DNA of 64,000 nt. Origin: Planctomycetota bacterium (GTDB lineage: Bacteria; Planctomycetota; UBA11346). Under the pieces are notes generated by a model. The model saw only the letters and a program-made list of their open reading frames with translations. It searched no databases and had not been told where the DNA came from. The stretch covers positions 2,768 to 66,767 of the forward strand of contig BJHQ01000003.1 of NCBI GenBank assembly GCA_014193115.1, given 5' to 3'. Of this stretch, positions 9,451 through 18,891 are shown piece by piece. How positions within the stretch are numbered: position 1 is the stretch's first letter; every line of letters begins with the position of its first letter. Both the position numbers and the translations under genes were made by a program.

Positions 9451-10092
9451 GTGTCATCAGTCGTGCGGCTGTTCACGCTGGTGCTGGCAGTGATCGCCTG
9501 GCCACTCGTCGCCGCCGAGGAGGACAGCGCCAAGCTGTTCCGCACCGGCGTCGATGCGTTCTACGCCGCCAAGCCGGCCGAATCGGTCGCGGCCTTCGAT
9601 CGGCTGATCGGGCTCAGGCCCGAACTTGCGCCACAGCTCTGGCAACGCGGATTATCGCTGTATTACACCGAAGATTTCATCGGCGGGCGGAAGCAGTTCG
9701 AGATTTACCAAGGGGCCAACCCGCAGGATGTCGAGAACGCCGCCTGGCACTTCGCCTGCACCGCGCGCGCGTCCGGCGTCGAGGCAGCCCGCGCCGCGCT
9801 CATTCCGATCGCTGGCGATCGGCGGGTACCGATGGCCGAAATCCATGCGGTCTACGCTGGAACCGGAAGCATCGAAGCCGTGCTTGCCGCCGCAGAACGC
9901 GCCGGCGATGACGCGACTCGGCGCAACCAGCGGTGCTACGCCCATCTCTACCTGGGGCTGCTCGATGAGGTCAGCGGACGCACCGGGTCAGCGCGCGACC
10001 ATCTGCGCAAGGCGGCGATCGACTACCGCATGGAGCACTACATGGGCGTGGTCGCGCAGGTCCATGTCCGGCTGCGCGGCTGGGGCGACTGA
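9451..10092 (+). CDS. secreted hypothetical protein (helical, possibly TPR-like)
   Basis: Starts at a GTG followed by a signal-peptide-like segment (VRLFTLVLAVIAWPLVAAEE). Good GC3. The ATG at 9388 is an alternative start. Confidence 0.5.
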   Translation: MSSVVRLFTLVLAVIAWPLVAAEEDSAKLFRTGVDAFYAAKPAESVAAFDRLIGLRPELAPQLWQRGLSLYYTEDFIGGRKQFEIYQGANPQDVENAAWHFACTARASGVEAARAALIPIAGDRRVPMAEIHAVYAGTGSIEAVLAAAERAGDDATRRNQRCYAHLYLGLLDEVSGRTGSARDHLRKAAIDYRMEHYMGVVAQVHVRLRGWGD

Positions 10093-10094
10093 GC

Positions 10095-10172
10095 CGCGCG
10101 TTTCGGAGCGGCGATGCCCTCATCGCCGGAACGACGCAGGTAGCGTTGGCAGCCAGGCCAAACCGTGGCCAC
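10095..10172 (-). repeat. REP-like palindromic element, copy B (inverted relative to copy A)
   Basis: GCGTTTCGGAGCGGCGATGCCCTCATCGCCGG is the reverse complement of the copy A core. The flanks share GGCCACGG and CCAACG blocks. Confidence 0.8.
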
Positions 10173-10192
10173 AGGTTATCCTTCGCTGCCGT

Positions 10193-10711
10193 TTAGCGCC
10201 GCGCAGCCGGAACGGGTTCCGCCGTCGCTGGCGCCGGGGAAGCCGTGTCGGCCTCGACGCGGTCGGACCCTTCTGCCAGGCAATCGACGCCGCTGCACCC
10301 CGCCGCCGAGAACACCGCGGCGATCCGCTCCGCGGCCGCACGGTCGGGAGTGGTGACCGTGACCGAGAGCAGCTCCTCAGTCGTCGGCGGAGTGGACGCC
10401 GCCGCCAAGGCGGCCAGCGCCCGACCACCAAGGAAGGCGCCAGCCACGGCGAACAGGAGGGCTCCAGCGGCCGGCAACCCAGTGGGAATGCTGACCAGCA
10501 GGTAGAGGCCGGCCCCGACGAAGGCGCCGAGGACGACACCGCGCAGCGCCCCGCGGGAGCCCGGGCTGGAGCCGTGTTCATGGAGCAGATCGACCACCGG
10601 TTCCGTGCCGTGGCCGACGTCGTAGTCGTGATGGCTGGCATGGAGAGCGGCGACGACCGCGTTGCATTGCTCGCTGCCATGGGCGTATGCGGAAACCCGG
10701 TAGATCATCAT
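10193..10711 (-). CDS. DUF1269-family membrane protein
   Basis: N-terminal IYRVSAYAHGSEQCNAVVAAL, a central glycine-zipper TM (GAFVGAGLYLL...AGALLFAVAGAFLGG) and C-terminal ELLSVTVTTPDRAAAERIAAVF, which matches the DUF1269 layout. Confidence 0.55.
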   Translation of the reverse strand: MMIYRVSAYAHGSEQCNAVVAALHASHHDYDVGHGTEPVVDLLHEHGSSPGSRGALRGVVLGAFVGAGLYLLVSIPTGLPAAGALLFAVAGAFLGGRALAALAAASTPPTTEELLSVTVTTPDRAAAERIAAVFSAAGCSGVDCLAEGSDRVEADTASPAPATAEPVPAARR

Positions 10712-10734
10712 CGGCTATGGCGAGCTGGATCCAT

Positions 10735-10752
10735 GCCAATGGCGCGAAGGGC
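10735..10752 (-). promoter_or_regulatory. weak candidate sigma-54 (-24/-12) promoter for the DUF1269 gene
   Basis: The minus strand reads TGGCATggatccaGCt with correct GG-N10-GC spacing. Confidence 0.25.
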
Positions 10753-10880
10753 CGTGGAACAGGCTCTGCCCGGGCTTTCCCACCGGACCAGGCTGCGGCA
10801 CCACCAGCACGGCGCAGGGCCGTCCGGGCGGGTTTACTGCGGAATGCACGGAAAAAGCAAGGAATCCTCGGCCGGCGCTT

Positions 10881-10896
10881 GGCATGAGGTTTGCAC
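10881..10896 (+). promoter_or_regulatory. candidate sigma-54 promoter (TGGCATgaggtTTGCA)
   Basis: GG and GC are at the consensus spacing and the -12 element is a good TTGCA. It lies about 40 nt upstream of the BON lipoprotein start. Confidence 0.5.
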
Positions 10897-10933
10897 CTGG
10901 TGGACGGCAAACCACCAACGATCCCAGGATCCT

Positions 10934-11854
10934 ATGAAACGCTCCCTGCCCATCTCCTCCACCCTCGCCGCACTTGCCGTGCTGGTCTTCGCCGGTTCCG
11001 GCTGCGACGGACGGCACACCGCCGATGCCTATCCCGACCGCTCCACCGAGAGCCGCAATCGCGCCGACTCCATCCGCAGCGAAGGCGATCAACGGAAGAT
11101 CGCCGTCGAACGCGAACGGCAGGAGAAAACCGCCGCCGAGCGCTTCCGCGCCACCCAGGTGCGGGACACCGCCCGCCGCGACCGCGAGGCTATCGAGCTC
11201 GCCCGCGACCAGAAGATCCAGCCGCTGACCGCCGACCACAAGGCCGCCATGGCCAAGGCCGACCAGGACCAGCGCTCCATCGTCGCCGCTTCGGACATCG
11301 AGCTGCGCAGCGCCGACGCCGCCCAAGCGGATCGTATCCGGGCCGAGACCACCGTGAAAAAGGCGGAATCGAGCAGCAAGTCCACCGAGGAGACCAGCGC
11401 GATCGCCCGCAGCATCGACCTGGTCGCGCTCAAGGCCCAGAACCAGCTCGCCGAGACCAACGCCAAGGAGCTCAAGTCCCTGGCCGAGATCGACCGGACC
11501 ATCGACCAGGTCGAGAACCAGGCGCGCCAGCGCAATCTCGACATCGACAAGGAGACCAGCGCCTCCCTCGACGCCTTGGGCAAGGAAAGCGGCAAACGGA
11601 TGGGCGCAGCCCGCGCCACCGATGAGAAAACCGAAGCCAACGACCGCAGGATTTTCAGCGCGGTGCGCAGCGGCCTGGATGAAGAGCCCAAGCGCAACGG
11701 CACCGTGACCATCGCGGTGAATTCGGGCGTGGTCACCCTCGACGGCACCGTTGCCACCATCGAAGACCGCCGCGCCGCGGTGCAGCGCGCGAGCACGGTG
11801 CAGGGCGCGGTGCGGATCGACGACCAGATCACGGTGGCGTCAGCCAAGCCCTGA
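10934..11854 (+). CDS. lipoprotein with a long coiled-coil region and a C-terminal BON domain (OsmY-like)
   Basis: Lipobox LVFAGSGC. The C-terminal GTVTIAVNSGVVTLDGTVATIEDRRAAVQRASTVQGAVRIDDQITV is a typical BON domain. Confidence 0.8.
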   Translation: MKRSLPISSTLAALAVLVFAGSGCDGRHTADAYPDRSTESRNRADSIRSEGDQRKIAVERERQEKTAAERFRATQVRDTARRDREAIELARDQKIQPLTADHKAAMAKADQDQRSIVAASDIELRSADAAQADRIRAETTVKKAESSSKSTEETSAIARSIDLVALKAQNQLAETNAKELKSLAEIDRTIDQVENQARQRNLDIDKETSASLDALGKESGKRMGAARATDEKTEANDRRIFSAVRSGLDEEPKRNGTVTIAVNSGVVTLDGTVATIEDRRAAVQRASTVQGAVRIDDQITVASAKP

Positions 11855-11965
11855 TCCGCAGCGCAGCGACGCCAAACGACGACACCCCGGCAGGTTGCCT
11901 GCCGGGGTGTCATCGTTTGGCGAACGCGAGGTGGAACGCAGGTCGCCGGTCAGCGCCCGGGCGGC

Positions 11966-12430
11966 CTACGGCCGCAGGACCTGGTGCCGTCCATCGATCC
12001 AGGTTTCGGCGTGGACGCAGATCACCCGCAACAGGGCAAGATGGGGATCGTCGGGGCCGTTGGGATACCAGGCGAGGTGCTCGTCCCGCCAGAACAGCCG
12101 GGTGCGCAGCGGATCCAGGACCAGGTCGGCGCAACCGGCGATGCTGACATAGGTGTCGGGCGCCAAGGTCGAGAAGCTGAGGTTCACCCAGGGATGATGG
12201 AGCAGATTGGCCACCCACGACAGCGAGCGGTCGGTGAAGAACCACAGGTCGCTCTGCTGGTCGATCTCTTGCAGCGCCATCGGCCGGCTGGAGAGCCGCC
12301 CGTACGACGCGGTGGTCGAGGTCAGCATCGCGATGCGCATGCCCTTGAGGGAGTCGATCAGCAGATGGTTCAAGGTGAGTGGTGCCGCCGCCGGAACCGG
12401 CGGTGGTGTGAATTGGGGGATGGTGGGCAT
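11966..12430 (-). CDS. pyridoxamine 5'-phosphate oxidase-like general stress protein 26 family
   Basis: About 150 aa PNPOx-like fold with a family-like pattern (WFFTDRSLSWVANL ... YVSIAGCADLVLDPLRTRLFW). Confidence 0.6.
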   Translation of the reverse strand: MPTIPQFTPPPVPAAAPLTLNHLLIDSLKGMRIAMLTSTTASYGRLSSRPMALQEIDQQSDLWFFTDRSLSWVANLLHHPWVNLSFSTLAPDTYVSIAGCADLVLDPLRTRLFWRDEHLAWYPNGPDDPHLALLRVICVHAETWIDGRHQVLRP

Positions 12431-12534
12431 GGGATCCTTTCAAGGAGCTGCCCAGGTCACAGTGCCGGCCGTGCCAAGCAGCGGCCGCCCCCGGACGTGC
12501 CTTCCAGCGCTCCTCCTGCGCAGTCCGCAGCTGC

Positions 12535-13920
<1,386 letters not shown>

Positions 13921-14213
13921 AGGCGGGTTGGCGATCTGGTCGAAGGGGCGAGGGAGAACTGGTGACGGGATCCTTCGGGCATGGCACTTCGCGAAGCGGA
14001 GCAGGCCATGCAGAATCCAGGGGACGGCGGTCCGGAGCCGTGCAGGCTGCACGCTGTGTTTGGCGACCGCCGCCGGGTCTTTCCGGGCTGATCCTAGCAG
14101 CTGCCGGCCAGCCGGTACATAGAAAGCCTGCCGAAGCAGGGAATCGGAGGCGTTTTCATCCGAACCGGAACGGCAGGGGCACGCCCTGGCCGCGGGGCCG
14201 GTCGGGATCCGGG

Positions 14214-14229
14214 GTTGGCACGGGGATTG
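14214..14229 (+). promoter_or_regulatory. sigma-54 promoter, perfect consensus TGGCACGgggaTTGC
   Basis: It lies about 60 nt upstream of the ATG at 14289 and is divergent from the NtrC-family activator gene. Confidence 0.65.
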
Positions 14230-14288
14230 CCAAGCCTTCTCCCAGATCCGCCACCCGGCGATCACAACCCACCAGTCCAGAGACCCAC

Positions 14289-14603
14289 ATGAGCACCCCC
14301 GAAAACATCCTCCTCGAACCCACTGATGGCAGCGCCACTGCCGCGTTCAGCACCAAGGCAGCGAAGGTCGCCCAGCTGGTCGAAGAACTGGTGACCGCCG
14401 CACCAGGCGCCGCCAAGGAGGAGATCGCGCACCTGGCCGAGATCGGCGGCAAGCTCGCCGCCATCGGCAAGGACAAGATCTGCGCCGCCGCCGCCCAGGC
14501 CACCGAGACCGTGAAGAAGCATCCTTATGCCTCCGCGGTTACCGCCGCCGCGGTCATCGGCGCCGGCCTGCTGGTGTGGTGGCTCATCAAGCGCAAAAGC
14601 TGA
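14289..14603 (+). CDS. ElaB/YqjD/DUF883 family membrane-anchored stress protein
   Basis: About 100 aa, helical, with a C-terminal TM plus KRK tail (ASAVTAAAVIGAGLLVWWLIKRKS). Confidence 0.7.
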   Translation: MSTPENILLEPTDGSATAAFSTKAAKVAQLVEELVTAAPGAAKEEIAHLAEIGGKLAAIGKDKICAAAAQATETVKKHPYASAVTAAAVIGAGLLVWWLIKRKS

Positions 14604-14652
14604 TCCCCCGCTTTCTACTTTTCCGCCACCGGCACCAACGGACTGCTTTCCC

Positions 14653-15126
14653 ATGAAAACCATGCCAATCGCCGCTGCCGCCGCGGAGCAGGATCGCCAG
14701 ATCAAGCAATCGATTCGGGCGCTCAGAGCGCTGCAGCTCAGCGAGGCGCGGGCGGTGCTGGCCTATGAGCAGGCCATCGAACAGTCCGGGTTTGCAGCCC
14801 CGATGGGACTGCGCCAGGCAGCCCGGGCGCATCGCGCCCGGGCCAGGGCGTTGGCCGTAAGGATCCATGAGCTTGGGGGGAAAGCCCCGCAGGTCCGGGG
14901 GATGGGGGCCATCGTCGACCAGCTGCGGCTAGCGTGGACAGCGATCATCGGCAGGGACGCGGTGCTCAGCGGATTGCGGCGCAGCGAGGTTCGCCGGGTC
15001 GCGGAATACCGCCGTCGAATCCCCGAGCTCGATGGCGAATCTCAATGGTTGGTGCGGGAAGATTTGCTGGCGGAACAGGTCCGCACCCAGAACCAGATGC
15101 GCGACTTCATCTATGTGCCAGCCTGA
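14653..15126 (+). CDS. PA2169/DUF2383-like four-helix-bundle (ferritin-like) protein
   Basis: About 157 aa and helical. The architecture is comparable with the PA2169 family. This is a moderate-confidence family call. Confidence 0.45.
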   Translation: MKTMPIAAAAAEQDRQIKQSIRALRALQLSEARAVLAYEQAIEQSGFAAPMGLRQAARAHRARARALAVRIHELGGKAPQVRGMGAIVDQLRLAWTAIIGRDAVLSGLRRSEVRRVAEYRRRIPELDGESQWLVREDLLAEQVRTQNQMRDFIYVPA

Positions 15127-15161
15127 ACCGTCGCCCGAACGATCCTCCCAAGGAATACCCC

Positions 15162-15356
15162 ATGCGTCCTGTCCCGCTGTTCTTCATCGTCGCTTCGGTC
15201 GCCCTGGCCCTGGTCCTCGGTGTGGTCGTCTATCTGACCTTCTTCCAGGAAACGACGATCAAATCCGACTTGCGTGAACTGCGCAATGATGTGCGCGACG
15301 GTGTCCACGACGCTTATGACGCGACCAAGGATGCGGTGAAGGACGCGACGAAGTGA
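15162..15356 (+). CDS. small membrane protein (one TM)
   Basis: AAGGAA RBS-like upstream. TM FFIVASVALALVLGVVVYL. High GC3. Confidence 0.45.
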   Translation: MRPVPLFFIVASVALALVLGVVVYLTFFQETTIKSDLRELRNDVRDGVHDAYDATKDAVKDATK

Positions 15357-15364
15357 CCTCCGCC

Positions 15365-15490
15365 GCCAGCGGCGTTGCGAGCGCCAGCGGCGTTGCGAGC
15401 GCCAGCGGCGTAGCGAGCGCCAGCGGCGTTGCGGTCGCCAGCGGCGTTGCGGTCGCCAGCGGCGTTGCGGTCGCCAGCGGCGTTGCCGGC
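15365..15490. repeat. 18-bp tandem repeat, 7 copies (GCCAGCGGCGTTGCGAGC, with variants)
   Basis: Perfect periodicity with two variants (GAGC, then GTCG). Intergenic between the small membrane protein gene and the histidine kinase gene. Confidence 0.9.
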
Positions 15491-15727
15491 GGTTGGGCAT
15501 GCGCCAGGCAACGCCGATCCGCTGTCCTCATGCGCTGGTGATTCGGCGGGCGTCGCCAAGTACCCTTGGGAGACGAGGGAGGCTGTTTGTTCGGGGCGGC
15601 GCGCCACCCTTTCCCCCAGGCTGCTTGTCCGACAGCCGTGCTCACCCACGGCTCGCCATGGGCTGCGCATCCGCCGCGGATGGCGCGGCCCCGGCTTTGA
15701 TCTTTCCCGTCTCACCCAGGTCCCACA

Positions 15728-16735
15728 GTGGTTCCAGTGGATATAGACCGCGTTTTCGCTGCCTCTCCGATCGCCCAGGCCCTGCTCGACGAGACCTGGC
15801 GGGTGGTCCGCGCCAATGCCGCATGGCAAGCGCACTTCGGTCCGGCCGCGACCGGCGTCGCCTGGCTCGACCTGGTCCATCCCGACGACCTGGCTCGGGA
15901 CCTGGCCCTCGCTGGCCGGCTGCAGAGCGGTGAAATACCTGATTTTTCTTCGGTATCGCGCCTGCTCGACGGGAACGGGCAATGGCGTTCCCAGACCATC
16001 GCGGTGACCGCGATCAGCGCCACCTGCGTGCTCGTCACCGCCTCTGATGCGGTCCCTCCGACGGTCGCCCCCGCGACGCCCTCTGAGGATTCCAGGACGG
16101 TCGCTGCGGCCTTGGCCCATGACGTCAAGCAGCATGCCCGCCTGGCGAATGTCTATTTGTCGATGCTCCTGCGGACCACGCTCGACGATCGGCAGCGCAG
16201 CCAGCTGGTCGTGGCCTCGGCCCATACCGAGCGGCTTCATGAGGTCCTCGGTCTGCTCGCGCGGTGGCTGCGGCTGACCGAGGACCCCATAGGCATCAGC
16301 AGCTGTCCCCTAACGGAGGTGTGGCAGGAAGCGCTGCGTCATCTGCCGGCCGACGTCGGCGAGCGCCTTGATGCCGGCAGCGATCAGCATCTGCCGACCA
16401 TCCAAGCCGACCGCTGGCTGCTCGCTGAGCTGCTCCGCGGTCTGGTGATCAATGCCGTCCGCTACCATCCCGGACGGGCCCGGGTCCACCTGGCGGCGGT
16501 CCGCGAAGGCGACGGCTGGGACCTTGTGGTCTCTGACGATGGCCCGGGCATACCGCCCGCGGACCGGCAACGGGTGGTGCAGCCCATGCAGCGGCTGCAC
16601 ACCTGGGAGCAGGTCCCCGGCCATGGGATGGGCCTGGCCCTGGCCCAGCGTATCGCGGCTGTCCATGGCGGCTCGCTGGACATCGGCGCTGCCCCGGGCG
16701 GGGGTTGCAGCGTGCATGTGCATCTGCCCGGCTGA
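15728..16735 (+). CDS. cytoplasmic PAS-domain sensor histidine kinase
   Basis: H-box-like LAHDVKQHARL. N/G boxes LVINAVRY ... DDGPGIP ... GHGMGLALAQRIAAVHGG. Confidence 0.8.
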   Translation: MVPVDIDRVFAASPIAQALLDETWRVVRANAAWQAHFGPAATGVAWLDLVHPDDLARDLALAGRLQSGEIPDFSSVSRLLDGNGQWRSQTIAVTAISATCVLVTASDAVPPTVAPATPSEDSRTVAAALAHDVKQHARLANVYLSMLLRTTLDDRQRSQLVVASAHTERLHEVLGLLARWLRLTEDPIGISSCPLTEVWQEALRHLPADVGERLDAGSDQHLPTIQADRWLLAELLRGLVINAVRYHPGRARVHLAAVREGDGWDLVVSDDGPGIPPADRQRVVQPMQRLHTWEQVPGHGMGLALAQRIAAVHGGSLDIGAAPGGGCSVHVHLPG

Positions 16736-16802
16736 TCCTGCAAGGTGCAGGAGCGCGACTGTCGCGTCACCGACGAAAAGCGAGGATTTTTCATAAGATA
16801 AC

Positions 16803-16818
16803 TTGGCACAGCCGGCGC
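16803..16818 (+). promoter_or_regulatory. candidate sigma-54 promoter (TGGCACagccggcGCt)
   Basis: GG-N10-GC spacing is correct but the -12 element is weak. About 70 nt upstream of 16890. Confidence 0.35.
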
Positions 16819-16889
16819 TATCCGTCCCTTGAGCGGTCGTGCCGGATCCAACCCCATGCCGGGTCGGGCCGGCCGGGAGGGCTCGGCGC

Positions 16890-17546
16890 ATGTCCCGTTC
16901 CCACTCCGCCGCAGAGGCGATCACCGCCGACTCGCTGCTCGCCACTTTTACCGCCGGCACCTTTACCGCCGAACAGGCCCGGACTCATGCCGCCACCGCC
17001 CGCCTGGTCGTGCGCCGCGCGGTCGATGGCTTGGTCTTGCCCAACGATCCGACAGAACGCGAGCGGTTGGGCCGGGTTGTCGGCCATCTGGAAGCCTGCG
17101 ACGGACATCGGGCGCTGGCCGTGATGGAAGAGCCCCAGGACGGTTACGGCGGCCCATTCGCCCGGCTGTACAGCTGGATCGCCGGCGTGCTGGTGGTGCC
17201 GGCCCTGACCGCTGCGGCCTGCGTGATCGCTGGCGGCACCAGGCTGCTGCAAGGCATCCGCCAGCTCGTCCGCTTGGCGTTGACCAGCCTGCCCACGGCG
17301 GAGTACTCGGCGCGCTGGCTGCTGCCCGCCGAACCCGTGGATGAAACCGCGGCCTATGTCGCATCCATCATCCTCCATGCCCGGTCGGCGCTGCTCTATC
17401 GGCCCTGGGTGTGGGACGGTCTGCCGCCCCAGGGGCGGTTCCTGCTGATCGGCCAAGGCCGCGCTCAAGACGCCAAGGCCAGGCACCCGCGCTGCGATGG
17501 CGCCCACGATTTTTCCGACCTCGTTCCGCGGCTCGCCTCCGGCTGA
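16890..17546 (+). CDS. hypothetical protein
   Basis: Strong GC3 bias. No recognisable domain. The start was chosen at MSRSHSAAE. Confidence 0.45.
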   Translation: MSRSHSAAEAITADSLLATFTAGTFTAEQARTHAATARLVVRRAVDGLVLPNDPTERERLGRVVGHLEACDGHRALAVMEEPQDGYGGPFARLYSWIAGVLVVPALTAAACVIAGGTRLLQGIRQLVRLALTSLPTAEYSARWLLPAEPVDETAAYVASIILHARSALLYRPWVWDGLPPQGRFLLIGQGRAQDAKARHPRCDGAHDFSDLVPRLASG

Positions 17547-17604
17547 GGTCAGAAATGGTCGCGGCATCCGCGGCGACCGGTCACCCACACCCCCAAAGGC
17601 TCCC

Positions 17605-17778
17605 ATGCTCTATTGGTCCGCAACCTTCCTGATCATCGCCGTCATCGCGGCGATCTTCGGCTTCGGCGGTGTCGCCGCCGGCGCCACATCGATCGCCAAA
17701 ATCCTGTTCTTCATCTTCCTGGTCCTTTTCGCGATCGCGCTGATCCGGGGCCTGGCCGGGCGGGGACGTGATGCCTGA
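17605..17778 (+). CDS. UPF0391/DUF1328 small membrane protein
   Basis: [47 protein letters not shown] is the classic family sequence. Confidence 0.8.
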   Translation: MLYWSATFLIIAVIAAIFGFGGVAAGATSIAKILFFIFLVLFAIALIRGLAGRGRDA

Positions 17779-18043
17779 TATCGCACCCTCCAAGCCGCTG
17801 AGCGCCGCCGTACCTCACGACGGTGCGGCGCCGCCGCCGACGGCAGACGCCCTGATCTCCACCGCCATCGAGCTGGTGGCGGTATATGCCGCTGACGTGG
17901 TTCGGGAACGACTAGCGAAGCTGGCCCACCGTCCAGCACCGCCACCCGACCAGGATCCCCAGCGGGAAGGCATCATGCCCGCCCTGCTGATCGCCGGAGC
18001 AGTCGTCCTGGCCATCGTCTTTTTCACCAGCGAAGACGACTAG
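17768..18043 (+). CDS. hypothetical small protein with a C-terminal TM
   Basis: Overlaps the previous stop. C-terminal [15 protein letters not shown]. Confidence 0.35.
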   Translation: MMPDIAPSKPLSAAVPHDGAAPPPTADALISTAIELVAVYAADVVRERLAKLAHRPAPPPDQDPQREGIMPALLIAGAVVLAIVFFTSEDD

Positions 18044-18048
18044 CAGGG

Positions 18049-18210
18049 ATCGCGGGCGACCCGCCCGCAGGATGTGAGGCCCGGGAGCGCGGGCGTCCCG
18101 CCCGCTGTCATGCGGACCCCGGGCGGCAGGGACGGCCGCGGTCCCGGGGGAGCCGCTGGGGTTGTGGCCACAGCCAGGCGGCCGGGAGCGCCGGCGTCCC
18201 GCCCGCAGGG
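18049..18210. repeat. cluster of three GC palindromes GCGGGCG(A/T)CCCGCCCGC
   Basis: Three near-identical 17-nt hairpins sit in the 180-bp gap between convergent genes. Confidence 0.7.
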
Positions 18211-18229
18211 TTTCAGTTCTGTTCCCGGA

Positions 18230-18643
18230 TCAGTTCCGGTTGATCAGCCAGCGGTCGCGGAGGTGGCGCGCCAGGTCGAGCAAACCGGCGAAGTCCGCCG
18301 GTTTGACCAGGTAGTCATCGGCTCCCGCATCGAGGCAGCGCTGGCGGTCGACCGGATGATTCGAAGTGGAATACAGCACGACCGCTTGTCCGGCCCAGGC
18401 TGGCAGGGTGCGTAGGCGAAACAGCACGGCGATGCCCGACACCCGCGGCAAATTAAGATCGAGCATCACCAACTGCGGCCGTTTGCCGCCAACCGCCAGC
18501 CGCTCCAGGCCGGCCACGGCCCGATCGCCGTCCTGGAACACGGTGACCTCGACGGCGAAGCTGATCTCATCAAAGGCGGTCATGAGCAGATCGACGTCGG
18601 ACGGCGAGTCTTCGACCAGAAGAAGCGAGGCGGGCGAAGCCAT
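18230..18643 (-). CDS. single-domain response regulator (CheY-like receiver)
   Basis: LLLVEDSPSDVDLL ... LVMLDLNLP ... the conserved lysine in DDYLVKP. Confidence 0.85.
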   Translation of the reverse strand: MASPASLLLVEDSPSDVDLLMTAFDEISFAVEVTVFQDGDRAVAGLERLAVGGKRPQLVMLDLNLPRVSGIAVLFRLRTLPAWAGQAVVLYSTSNHPVDRQRCLDAGADDYLVKPADFAGLLDLARHLRDRWLINRN

Positions 18644-18891
18644 GATCTTGGAGTATGGCAAGGGAATCGGCCGGAGCCAACCTTCTTTCCTTTCCCTGCG
18701 GAATGCAGTCCCAGGCATGGGGACGAACGCGCTAACGATTCAAACCACACGGAAAAACAGGCAAAAATCCGGATTCGTCGATTGCCGCGAACGCGGCGGC
18801 CGGTACCCTGAACCGCGATGCAGGCGCAGCGGCTTTTCAACATCCCCATTGGGATCTGCCGAAGGCGCCAGCCATCCAGAACGGAGCGACC

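Noticed and set aside
15314-16240. A 308-aa minus-strand ORF overlapping the tandem repeat and the PAS histidine kinase.
   Set aside because: It is antisense to a well-supported histidine-kinase gene with H/N/G boxes. Its C-terminus is just the 18-bp repeat read as NAAGDR units. It is a high-GC shadow ORF.
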